The notes under the pieces were generated by a model. The model was not told where the DNA came from. It saw nothing but the letters and a program-made list of their open reading frames with translations, and did no database searches. The translations under genes and the position numbers were made by a program. A DNA stretch of 64,000 nucleotides from Takakia lepidozioides (taxonomy: Eukaryota > Plantae > Bryophyta). Positions 1-12,200 of this stretch are shown here, one piece after another (the first letter of the stretch is position 1; the number at the start of each line of letters is the position of its first letter). Location of the stretch: contig CM060732.1 in assembly GCA_030704615.1 (NCBI GenBank), forward strand, positions 75,950,001 to 76,014,000, given 5' to 3'.

Positions 1-460
1 GTATGGTTGCGGTCAGCAAAGGTTCAAGGCTTGCCTGCCAAGCTTGCTATCTTCATGTAGTCTTTCTCATTTAGGCTTGTCTCTGTGACAAGTGCACAAA
101 ACATGGGCATGTGATAATTTTTCCGGTGGGTCTGGAGGGATCTTGTGTCCCCATGTCTTTGTTCTTCATGTCGGATTCTGTTTCTGTTGCTGCTCATGTT
201 CACTTTTTAGCATTAAATTTTCAAGGAGAAATGGCTGACCTTTCTGGACCAAAAACTTGAGGCTTCTTCAAGTGAGAACAGAACTCCGCCGATTGGTGCA
301 CCAAATGCCGCTGCCAGGCTGCCACAACACAGATCTGGGACTATCTACTGGCACAACTCTGCATAATGAGAAGTTTCCTGCTACTCAAGATTGTTATGGA
401 GCTATAAGCAAATTTCGTTTCCCAATTCCCTATCAAAACAAGGGACTAATGAAGAAGTAC

Positions 461-3400
461 CCTGCTGCTGTCCCCGCTGAGATGAACTCTCTGCGGTCCT
501 TATCATTGTGAAAGTCCTGCAACATAAGTGTAATGTTAGGTAGATAATCTAAACGACTCCAAGAAAGGAGGAATAAGATGACAGGATGATGTGTGAATGC
601 TTTGCCATCACATCAGAAGCCATCATTTTCAGTAGCAGTTCCATAAAACTCTTTGCAGCTTCCAGACCCAATGTGCACGACTACTCGTTCCTCTCCTAGA
701 TTGAAATAGGCTACTCAAGCTTTGGGTTACCAAAAGGTTGGTTCAAAATGGAGACAATAATCTCGTGAGCCTGGAACAACATCAGGCGACTGCTCACTGT
801 CAGTTCCCTGAGCACCACAGCTTGAGATTTTCGAGACAGCCAATTCTGCCTTGAGATGCAGGATGAACAGCTCATGCTTGCACCTGTCAAGAACAGCATT
901 TGGTTCAAGTTATTTGTGGCCGCAAAGAGAGCTTGGGGTTCTTGCAACTTGCTCTTGTGAGGGCAAATAAGGATACGACAAGCCTTGCTCCCTTGAGCAA
1001 GACAACCTGGGCATTGTGACATTATTTACATTGTCTTAATCAGCCCCATTCAAGTATGTCTGTTCCCGTGCTTTTTGCGGTCTTCGTCATAGCATCACTC
1101 TGTTTTGGTTTTATAGTATAGTCCTATGCCCATGTAGCTCTCCTGGTAAGCTAATAAGTTTCACCTACTTACGAAGGGCATAGCTCTATTCCAGAGTTTG
1201 TTGAGCTTGTCACAGCAGAGACGAGGGGATCGTGGTGTTCCTTCTTTCTTTCTCAGTGGGAAGCTACCATGCATCCATGTGAGCGACGAAGCAATGGCCG
1301 CACCAATGTGCACCATAGGCCCTTCTTGTCCAATCTGCCCCATAGCCACTCCATCCACCAGATGTCACTTTTTCAACAACCAGTTTTGAAAGTTAAGCCA
1401 GGCAAATCAATCATTTTTTGAATGAGGATCTCAGCAGATGAAGGAAATAGGCAGTGAAAGCTAGACCAGACAGAACAGGGAACAGGAGAAGTGGTGAGGA
1501 AGGGGTAAGAAGTAGGGGATGGAAAGGTGCAGAAATAATACTCTAGCTACCAGAGCACATACAAATGATGGTTAAGAACCATACAAGTTTCCCTTTAGAA
1601 CCCAATCAATGAGCACACAGCTAATTACCCTGATCCCAACCATCTCTCTATCCAAAGTGATTGAGATCCATTTGAAGGGCTTAGACTGTAATAAAACTGA
1701 TACAAGATGCTGAGACACAAACTCTCCCTTCTCCCGTCCATGGGCCTCAGGGCTCCCTGTGAATGTGATAAATCTTATTCTTTCTTTCTGTCCCGGGAAG
1801 GCATCTACAACATACCCATAAAGACTGCTACCCACCTGCTGATGTGGTGATGAAATTTGCTACTAACCCCTCCCCTGAAAGCTACCGGAAGCAATTATGC
1901 GCTTTGTTTACTTTACACAATGACAATGGGTGAAGTAGGCAATGTGGGACATATTCCCACTTCCTGTTCATTTGCTGGAATTCATCCGGAACTCAGTTTC
2001 AAACCCAATTCAGCAAGCCCCTACATAGTAAACAAATCCATGGACATACATGATCAAAAGTAACTTTGAGCTAGAAGAGAACTAGAAGGTAAGAGTTGTG
2101 AGAATCTTACTGGTAGGCCAGAAGATACAGTGCAGATTGTTCCAATAAACTGCATACACAGCAGAGTCAAATACAACACAAACTTACTTGATGTTGCTGA
2201 GACCCATTATGAATGACAGAGGAGCTCCGAGACATCGACTTTCGGAAATACTAGCCCAAGCTTGCCTACAACATAACACTAAAACTTGTGATGCTCTTTG
2301 AGGCACATCTCAATGAAGTACACTGGTGAGCTATATTGAAGAACATCTGGTCCCCAGCAAGGCCTACAGAAAGGGTGCATTTTTCTGACACCACAGAGTA
2401 CTGCCTACAGCAAATAGCAGAGGCTACAAAATTTCCTCTTTAACAAGGTACTGTGGTTGCCACAGTGGATACTCTGGAACAACTCTTCTGCCCCAGTACC
2501 AGGAGAATCTGGATCAGTCACGTCTTCCCCAAATATATCTTCTACCAATGCTAGCAGGACATCTGGATGTGTCATTCTAAGATTGATGCAGAATGACCAC
2601 ATCAGCTTGGAGCTATCAAGAAAATATCAAATTCGAATTATTTCTTTGTGCAACCAGCTTGGGGTATTCTGCAACAAGCTCTCTTAAGGAAAATGAGAGA
2701 CCAAGATTTTCCATGTAAATAGTTTATCTATGTGCTTCCCTTTTTGCATGCCCAAAAGCCAGAGAAAGAAAGAAGAAATGGAACCTTATAACGTCCAGGG
2801 AAAGCTCAAAGAGCTTATGGGACAAAAGAAAGGAAGAAACAGAAAAGAGAGAGGGACCCCCACTAGCAGCCCAAAAGCAACTATTGCTCAAGGGAATGTC
2901 TGGGAGAGTCAATGCATCACACAGGTAAGCTGCCAAGCATTTCTGATACTTGTCACAAAAGATCTCCGTGCGAGATTGGGTATCACGGAATAGACAATTG
3001 AATCTCCCACGGATCTCAAGTGTTCTTCACTTTCCATTACCCTGTAGTTCCCAGCACAAACGCAGCATAGGCAGTCCTCATGTTGCAATTGGAGAGAAAC
3101 TAGAGGAAAACTTTAGAACATGGGGCCCTGAGGGTCCATGGGTCAACAAACAACAAACAGAAGTTACCTTTGTGGTTAAAGTGGATAGCTGAAAAATCTC
3201 TGGTATATCATTCCCATTCAAGTATGCAATTACTAGTGTAACCTGTACAAGTCCACCAGATATTTAGGGTCAGACTTCAAAGACCAGCCCAGCATATGTA
3301 CAATCCTAGATCAAGAACAATTCATGCACACCTCATTTTCTGACTACCCTGAATCTCAGGGGTAGGGGGTTGTACGAATTCATCATATATGATGAAGAAG

Positions 3401-4247
3401 CCACATTTAAACCAAGATCTTTAACCTATCTCCCACAATCATATCAAATTAATGTCACCCTTGTGATTATTTAGCTTGATTGGTTGGAGATATAAGAATT
3501 CAACCACAGATCATTATGGCATTTTCATGCTACACCAATCTTTTTTCCTTGAGAAAGACCTCCAAGAACTGTACTACTGCAAGTACCTCTGACTTTGGCC
3601 ACAGAAAGGTTTGACTTATGTCTTGCCTACCAGTAACCTGCTAACACGATGGCAGTCTGAGCGCAATATCAAAGGCCCTTGTGTAGTCCCTGCCTAAAAG
3701 TACATCTTTTTGAAACCTTGTAGTTCTCTTCTATCGCCTGTGTAGAAAAGAATCTGAGCTGAGCACATTTGTACCAACATGGGAACCTGCGGAGAGTGGC
3801 TTACCCCACCACCTGCAGCAGCTGGGGCCCAGAAAAGGACCAAGCAACTGGAAAGTAAAACCAGGAAAATGCCAAACCCCGCATATCCAAGGAGCACAAG
3901 CCCTAGCCCCAGCCCTTGCTCAATGGCCTTCTCTGTCGAATCCTTCTGCAGAACATACCAAGAGTTTAGTCAATAAACCCTACTTCAGATAAACTAACCC
4001 GATGATCAAATTTTATGCTAAAAGCATCTCCTTCTGGACACTTTAACCCACTAGCCACGTCTGCAGAAGCAGTCACCTTGAAAGTAATGAGAACCTCTTG
4101 AGAGGTCTCAATGATGTATGCAACCAATCCTGCACATTAAAACGTGAACATAGTTAGCCCAGCAAATAGAACTTTCGTATAACTATTCTCTTCCATAAAC
4201 TCCTTGAGCGTATCATAGGCGTCATAGACTTCTCAAATCTACTTCTT

Positions 4248-4279
<32 letters not shown>

Positions 4280-6337
4280 TTCGCTCAAACTGGGCGCGGG
4301 GTCAATGGCCACAAGGCTACGGCAAACAACGTCTAATGAGTACATTCTCTCATTTTCCAGTGCAAGTCTTGACCTTGCTGGATAAATCTGACATAAACGC
4401 TGTAGTGTCCAAAGCCCCATCTGTTGCCAGGAAAACCTCACCCATCATGGATGACCTCAAGGGTTTACCCATCTGGGCACTAGACTGACATTTAACCTCA
4501 GGGTGGGAAGCCTACCTTTGAACAGCAAACAGATGCAGAGAGGAAAGGGTGATTGCAAATGCCCGCTGTGTGGGCAACCTGAAGACAATATCCACTTTCT
4601 GATTCCATCGTCCTGGGTACTCTCACCAGAGAGACACCCTCTTCAAATCATCAAGGGAATAATTATTCCTGTACCTCTGTTCCTGTACCTCTTTTGGCTC
4701 TCGAAGCGGAGCCAAAAGCCCTGGCACTTTTGGGGTCTAGTTATTGGGCAAATCACACACGGCAGACTGATGCTAGTGTGAAGGGATTTCGAGAGGATAT
4801 CTGGAAAACTTGGATAAATTGTCTATATCAAGGTAAGTCATACTACTGGCGTCAGCCCCTTACAAAGGTAGTTTCTGTCCCTTTCTGTTCCGCTCAAACT
4901 GGGCACGGGGTCTATGGCCACAAAGCTACGGCAAACAAAGTCTTACATTCTCTCTAGTTTAAACCCTGGTGGGCGAGAACCCCATGTGCAAAAGGTTCTG
5001 GGAGGGTTAGTTTCCAGCGGGGTCAATGGCCATAAGGCTGTGGCAAGCCAACATTCACAGGGAACGTCATGAGTACATTCTCTCTAGTTTGGTTCTCTCT
5101 TTCTCCTGCCTCCTTAGTCTTGGTCCACCCCTCACAATTTTCTGTCTTATTCTATTACTCTCTCACTTGGACTTTCTTTTGGTCCCCTAGACCATCAAGA
5201 CTGAAGTGCTAGCAAGCTTAACTACATGAGGCACTGCAACTCTGGGCAAATTTTGGAAATCGAGACTCTTTTGGTTTCTTCTTGTCCTTTGAGTGTCCGT
5301 AGCCTCTTGCTTCCTGGGAATATAGTAATTCTTTTGTTGTCATTATTCCTAGATTCTCTTCATCCAACTTAAGTGGCACTTTGGCTGCAAAATTGGAAGA
5401 GCTGATAAGCAGGTCCTGAAACCAGGAGTATGGGAGCCCAGAAAAGTACGCAGGTCTTTTGTTACTGCATTGGAGGGGGGGAACCAGTGGTTAGAATATT
5501 ATATCTCACAAGAAATAGGACTTGTAGGGCCCCTTAAGAAGAATAAGGTAGGGAAGGGCATACCGACAAGAACACCGATCATTATTGTGATGCTCCACTT
5601 GGCAACTGTGAAGCCCGTGTACCTGTCCACACCCACACACCAGTAGCCACATTTCCCATTGAAAATCAATTGTAAATTGATTGAAATTGATACAGCTGAG
5701 AAAGTTTTCAAGAGTGGCCTGCAGATACAAAAGGTCCAACTAAGTGGCCAACTAAGGGCATTGTGGTGAGCACAGTCAATGCCAACTCAAATTCTACTAA
5801 ACAAGCTCTACAACTTCTGATTGGAACAGAGGAGATTTACTTCCAAATTCGCTGAGTGATGTCTCTAGAAGAGATCATGAATGTAGGAAGCGATGCATAA
5901 TGAGGAGAGTCCAAAAAGTAATGCCTCTATAAGCTCAATCAGACTTCTACAGGAGTTGAGCCAAGGCCTCCTGTTTCAAGAACCAATTGGCAACAAGCTT
6001 GTAATGCTCAACGAAGATGAGCCAACCAAAATCTTTTGCACCTGAGCTGAAGTGGAGGTGCAAGAGGACTGAAGATAACTGTTTCACCCTAGAGCTTAAC
6101 AAATGTTAATTTGTGTGAAAAGTACACCTGAATAGGAAAAACTTACCCATAGAAATGCCGCTGGTTTTGCACTTTCTGTTGGGAGTGCACTGAACTGTGG
6201 ATTGGATCATAGTCAAGGCTCTCAAAACCTAGTTCATCCTCAGGAGATTCCTCATCCTGGTGGTCACTGGAGTTATCCTCAGCTTGGTCTAGGAGCAAGG
6301 GAACTTGGATTTCACTGTCCATATCTGCCATCTGCAT
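461..6337 (-). CDS. CLC: CLC-family chloride/anion channel-transporter, 5' part (gene continues off the left edge of the window)
   Basis: GT-AG exons read by hand: 6147-6337, 5564-5622, 4077-4129, 3805-3945, 3168-3242, 2111-2149, 1173-1334, 461-516. They join in frame to give ...FESLDYDP...KWSITIMIGVLVGLVAY...WAPAAAGGGVTLVIAYLNG...SSGLPIGQEGPMVHIGAAIAS...DFHNDKDRREFISAGTAAG, which are hallmark CLC motifs (ESLDY, AYLNG, GxEGP, DRRxFxxxGxAAG). Confidence 0.92.
4255..4279. repeat. (TG)n microsatellite in CLC intron
   Basis: Run of TG dinucleotides seen directly, immediately upstream of a LINE 3'-end copy. Confidence 0.95.
4280..5084 (+). mobile_element. Head-to-tail stack of three 5'-truncated non-LTR (L1/Tx1-like) retrotransposon 3' ends
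   Basis: Copies at ~4280-4351, 4352-4954 and ~5017-5084 each end in GGGGTC(A/T)ATGGCCA..GGCT..GGCAA...TACATTCTCTC. The middle copy encodes a zf-RVT-like CPLCGQPEDNIHFLI motif typical of the L1-clade ORF2 C-terminus. Confidence 0.75.
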
Positions 6338-7285
6338 GCCTGTCTTTGTCAGAAGAGGTGGTGAGCATGAGGAAGTGATAGTGTGAGGGCAACCACGTGG
6401 GGGCTAAGACTCCAAATTCCAAGTGGCAAGAATGTGAAGGACATTGTATTCTGCTATATTTTGTACATGTTCGGTGCTGCAAATAAACATGAGCCAAAAA
6501 AGCTGACAACTATAATCCAGATGTAAAGCAGGCAGACAATGCAGGCTTTCTGAAAATGTGGCTGTGGAGATTCAAGGAAAACATTAACTGGAAGAAGGGG
6601 AAGAATTTCATTTGATGCACTGGAGTTTGGGGTAGAAGGTACCTCTTGCAACATTGCTACAGGATGCTGAAGAGGAGGACGCCACCACATGGAGTCTCCA
6701 CTTCAGATTGGCTCATGCTTCCAAAGCTCAGACACTTCCGGAGAGATCCAAATCGGTTTTACCACATGGAAGAACATTCCTGGGAAAGCCTCTGAGACAT
6801 CTCAACGGCACTCACTGTCATTTGAATGTTTTTGCCATCTGGATGAGATCCTCGCCCCGAATAAAAGCAGTCTAAACGTAACATCTCCTAGGTTTCTCAC
6901 TGGCAGAAAACAACAGCAAATGTCACGGAACTACCTTTGTGCGTGTTATGATTGACACTTCTATTGAAATGCTCCTCTCGTCTCCAGGTGCAATCCTCCA
7001 GCTAAAAATCAAGCCTAGATCCTTGTTAAATGTTAGTGCAAAGATTCGACCATGGTACCGAAGCAGCGGAGGAGTCAGAATGATGTATGCCGTGTTCCTG
7101 AGATCCAAAGCTCGCTGTAAGTGAAAGTCGGCCAAGTAAGTGAAGCCAAGAACAACTCCGACTTCGTGAATTTGAAGATGCCTGTGCGAGGGAACGAGCT
7201 CAGTGGATTTCACACCAGAAATTGGAAAGATACACTGACAAGACAAAAAAATTCTGTAGCATCAAGTTTAAACAAGATATAACAG

Positions 7286-7510
7286 TCAGTAGCTCGGTAG
7301 TGCACTGAGTGCCAACCAGATGGTTCTGGGGTCAAATCTTGCTACTTGACGGGAGTGGAATGTTCTTCTCCCCGTTCCCTTGGGCGGTGTCCCATTTGGA
7401 CGCCTTTATGGCGAGGTTCCTGTGAAAGAGATATTTTCTCCTCTCACTATAAAGTGGCCTGATTTGTGAGCTGTCGCTCCCACGTGATTCCCTTTATCTC
7501 CTTATTATAA
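7286..7510 (+). mobile_element. Possible tRNA-derived SINE remnant
   Basis: A-box-like TAGCTCGGTAG and B-box-like GGGTCAAATC about 40 bp apart, followed by a ~170-bp body and an AT-rich end. No full cloverleaf can be drawn. Confidence 0.3.
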
Positions 7511-9051
7511 CTGTAGCTGCAAACGGCTACATGAAGTCTACCGAAGGGAAATTTCTGACGTCCATGAAGCGCAATACCATGTGATGGGGAAAATTGAAGT
7601 AAGTAAAACGGAAAAGGAACTACAACAGTTCAAGCCTGTGCTGTATTCCATTGAAAAAGGAATGCTTCACCAAAGAAATACCCCACAAGGAGGCACAATG
7701 AGGGTTATAGTTTCAAACGTTTGCTGCTGGTAGAGGAAGTGCGTAGATCAACAGGGTAGCGGCTTCGCATCACACATAGCGGAGATGCAGACCAAATGTT
7801 GAAGGATTTTTTCGGGGTAAACAAGAGAAATTAGAGGCAGCAGACAGCTCTTGATCCTGCTCTTCATGAACGTGGAAGAAGGTGGGTCCTGTGCTGGTCA
7901 AGGAGATTTGATATTCTCTGAGACGCTCTCACACAGGACATTGGTCCTATGACATCCGTCAGGGGCGGTATTGGCTACCCGACCATCCCCTTCACAATGC
8001 AAACATAGGTACGTGAAAGAGAATTTGTCCTTGGTCTGAGTCTTAATGCTTTGCCTTGACATACTGAGTTAGCTGGACTACAGGCTTTCGCTCTGACGAG
8101 GTGTCTGCAGATTGGTCATGTAGGGATCATGGAGCTTTGATACGCTGTGTCTGTTGCACTAAAACTGGTGTTCCCTTTCTCTTTCACCTTGCACACTGCG
8201 GAGGGTAGACGCTTCCAAAGCTCCTCGTCAAAGCGTCATCTCGATCCTCCAAGAAAACCTCCGCAAGCCTCTAGTCTCCTGCACCTCTCCTTTTCAATTA
8301 GGTCACCACGCATCTTGACTATGATATTGTTACGTTTACTCTCCATACACATCTTTCTCGTGCTGTTTATCTTGGAGCTCCAACTCTTATACATTGCTCG
8401 GAGATGTTACACAGGGTGCGTGTTTGTGGGCGAGTCTTCTGTGGCATATTTTGAGGACAACACACCGGCAAGGTGGTCCTGCGGCTGGTGGAAGCTGAAT
8501 AGGGGCACAATTTCTACATAGCGGCTTCTTAGGTGATGGGAAACTTGGATTGTCTGAAGCAGTCTATCTTTGTAAGATCATTCGCCCTACAACCCAATAA
8601 ACAAGGTAATGCCAAGGTTATTGCTTTCCTTTTGTGGAAGTTGCACCACCAAATGATGTCTTCGATCTATACAAGAGCTCAGAAAATCTAGGATCACTGA
8701 GGCACTGCACGCTGAGACAACATGAGGCAGTAATCGACAGTAAGAGATTAAGAAACAAAAAAAAACTAAAGCTGAATCTCAGTGAGCCAACAGCCCCGGA
8801 GTCTTAGTCACACACTTGGAGTACACAGTACTCAACAGAAGGAACGAGAACCGCAAATAGTCTGACAAGCATTCACTCCACATCTTACCAGAATGCTTCA
8901 AGAGCAGTCTCGAGTTGTACAGCTGCATGTATGTTACAACGTGCAGAGCCATTACCTTCTGGCGGATAACATTTGGGAAGGAAGAAGACTAGACTGCACT
9001 CCCAGAATCCCCATTTCCTAAGTTTAATGGTTAAATTCATTACCAAAATGA

Positions 9052-9233
9052 TTATGGAGCCCACAGAAGTCTGTAAATTTTCTTACTAATGTTGCTGCCA
9101 ATAGTTTTATTTTTGTTGCGTATAGGAATATCTTTGAGCAATTGTTCCTGAGCTGCTAGATCTCCCTCCTGCATCCAAAAGCCCCACAGTACAGATCAAG
9201 CCATCAGAGGAGATGAAGTTCAATCAAGGGCAC

Positions 9234-9271
<38 letters not shown>

Positions 9272-12200
9272 TTTTTTCAACGTCTTATGAGTACATTCTC
9301 TCAACTTTTTTCACTGCAGAGGGATTACTACTGAAGTTAAAAGGACCTGGCTTTGCAACATTATTAGGCCTACCTTGGAGTACACATCTGCCCTGTGGGC
9401 TGGCAACTCCAACCATGCTAACAAGAGCATGTCAGCGTGCTCTAGAACAGCTAATGCAGCTGTTCCAGGCGAGTTTGGCATAACACCGTTCAGCTCATAA
9501 TGTGATGAGTTCAAGATCAGATTGTGGGTGAGTTGAATCGCATTCCTAATGCCAGATACGCTAAGATGATGGAATCTATTTCTTGGAAGCAAGACCGTCA
9601 GGTTAAGTCCTGAAAGAAAAGGGTAGAGAAGATTTTGAAGTACCTGAATGTTAGGCAGGAAGAACTGACCCTGCTAGGAGCTTAAGTGTCTATGGCCATG
9701 TCAGAAGCATGAAGAATGTCCGAACAAAACAAAGTTAGGTGTAAAACTTCCCTGGACTTGTTTCCAGTAATCTGAAGGGCCTACCTACCCTCAGCTACTA
9801 GACTGAAATTGAAACTCAGGCCGGGAGTCTACCTTTAAGCAGTAAATAGATGCAGAGAGGAAAGGGAGATTGTCAATGCCCAATGTGCGGGCAGCCTGAA
9901 GACCATATCCATTTCCTGATACACTGTCCGGGGTATTCTCACCAGAGAATGACCCTCTTCAGGAACATGAAGAACATGGTTCCTGCACTCTGTTCACCAA
10001 CTTTCAAAATCGCCTTGGCCCTGTTGGGGTCTAGCTTTTGGGCTGCTCACACACAGCAGATCGATGCTTGTGTGAAGGACTTTAAAGAGGATATCTGGAA
10101 AGCCAAAACCAATTGTGTATACGAAGGTAAGTCACCTACTGGAGTGAGCCCCTCACAAAGGTAGTGCCTATTCCCTATGTTTCCATCCACACTGGGCACG
10201 GGGTCTATGGCCACAAGGCTACAGCAAACGAAGTCTTATGAGTACATCTCTCAGTTCCGCCCAAACTACGCGTGGGGTCTATGGCCACAGCGCTATGGCA
10301 GACAATGTTTTATGACTACATTCTCTTGGAGATGCTATAATTTAATTTGAAAGATGAGGCTGAAACGGTCACTCACTCACCAAGCACTCTATCTTGTACA
10401 CAGTTGTACTTGCTACTAAATTGAGATATGGAAAGGACAGTATCAAACTTTCATAGATACCATCCACCACAAGTTGAAGTTTAAAACATACAAGTTTTGA
10501 GTATGCTTGGGCAAGTGAAAGGAGAGTTGGATATCGGTCCAGAATTGACAAAGCCATATCTTCCGTTACACTACGCACCTGCAAGCCCACCCATCAAATG
10601 CGCTTCAAAGGTGTTCTGAAGGTCATTAAAGCAAGTACTGAAAGGTCCTCCCCCATTCCCTCACCACTTGATTCAGCCAGTGTAAGCACCATATGCTGTG
10701 GGTGGTCCAGAGAAAGATCAAGTAGTACCAGCAAGTTTTGATTACGCTCTGGAGTGATGTTAACGGAGGAAGTCTCAATCTACTTCTACAACATCCTGTA
10801 AAGCAACAGCCAATTGAAACCTGCTGGGAGTCTCATATTTCCTCACTAACGTTGGCATTAGTCATGTAACAGTAACTACAAACAGGATGGCAAACTTACT
10901 TGCATCAATTGGACACCAAAGACATCACTGATTCGCTCCATCTCAAGCTCCTTGCAGTGCTCCACAAAATCCTTGAAGGTCTGGCAGACAGTAGACAATC
11001 GTGCACCGGGTGTTCCAAACTCCATCGAGTATCGATCAGTAATTGCAAGAGTCAATTCACCATATCTTGCTAACGTGTCATTTGCGTCACGAGTCCGCTG
11101 AACATCAAATCCTTCCAAAATCTCGGTTGTGAATGTCCTATACACAACAAACCTCCTGGTCAATCAGACAGGTATGCTTGTTTAAGAGAACGGTGTGCCA
11201 ATAACAAACCAACAGTGTAGGTGCACAGATATGTCATGCAACAGACTGCGAAAAAGGTACACAAGAGAGGTGCTTACGCAGTTTTGAGATTTTCAGCAGC
11301 ATCAGTCAAGTTGGGATCTCCTTCCACCAGATATATAAGCCTCTTTAATCCACACCTCTGCAAGCCAACAGAACCCCTTCACATCAAGACATATCCTTGA
11401 AGCAAGTAAGACTGGAGAATTTCACTTTGTTGCTTATTCGGTGCTCAACTTCCATGGTCAAGAATCAGAGAATGATTTAACATCTTACGCACTTCTCCCA
11501 GTACATGAGAGTGGGACCTACTAAAAGGCGGAGCTTTTGCTGCTTGTAGCGCGTGTCTTTGATGGACTGCCAGAGATCGTCGACCCTCTTTCTTTCCACA
11601 ATGAAGTCCAATACATACTCCTGATCTCGCTGCTTGTGCCTTGCAATCCATGTTGCATCACCCACTGGCAGTTGCCTTATCTGTAATTGAACACATGATA
11701 AATTTGTGATAACCTATCAAATAGGGTGACATTAGAGTGCACTCGCTGGAGCATTCACAGTCCTAAAAAGTCTGTAACATCAGCCTGAATTACATTGTAA
11801 CATAAGAAGTTGCTGTCCTTTTGTTAACTAATTTTTTCTGGCAAATTCCATCCCATTACTTAACTCATCAAGCCATCGTCATGAGCAGTAATATTGCAGT
11901 TCAGTTTAAGAAGATGGTCTGCAGACACAACACCGACCTCAACATTCACATTGTATTGGTCACGGAGCCGATCAGCAAACTTCTGAAGTGAGCCACCAGT
12001 TCTGCATGCAATATTGGTAAGCGCCGTTTGTGCATAAAGAGAAGAGCATCTGGTCCTACCAAGCCTTCAGCGGCTTACCCTCTGACTGGCAGCAAGCCTC
12101 TATATGATAAAACATTGTCTCAAAAGCAATCCATGCCTCTTGCAGAAATAGTGGATGTATTTTGCTTGGCCTCAAGAAATGAATGAATAGGGTCTACCCC

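Noticed and set aside
7286-7350. Functional tRNA gene
   Set aside because: A/B-box-like motifs only; no consistent acceptor or anticodon stems can be drawn.
6454-8521. Short ORFs between CLC and MUS81 as separate genes
   Set aside because: No recognisable motifs or convincing exon chain; likely UTR/intergenic sequence.
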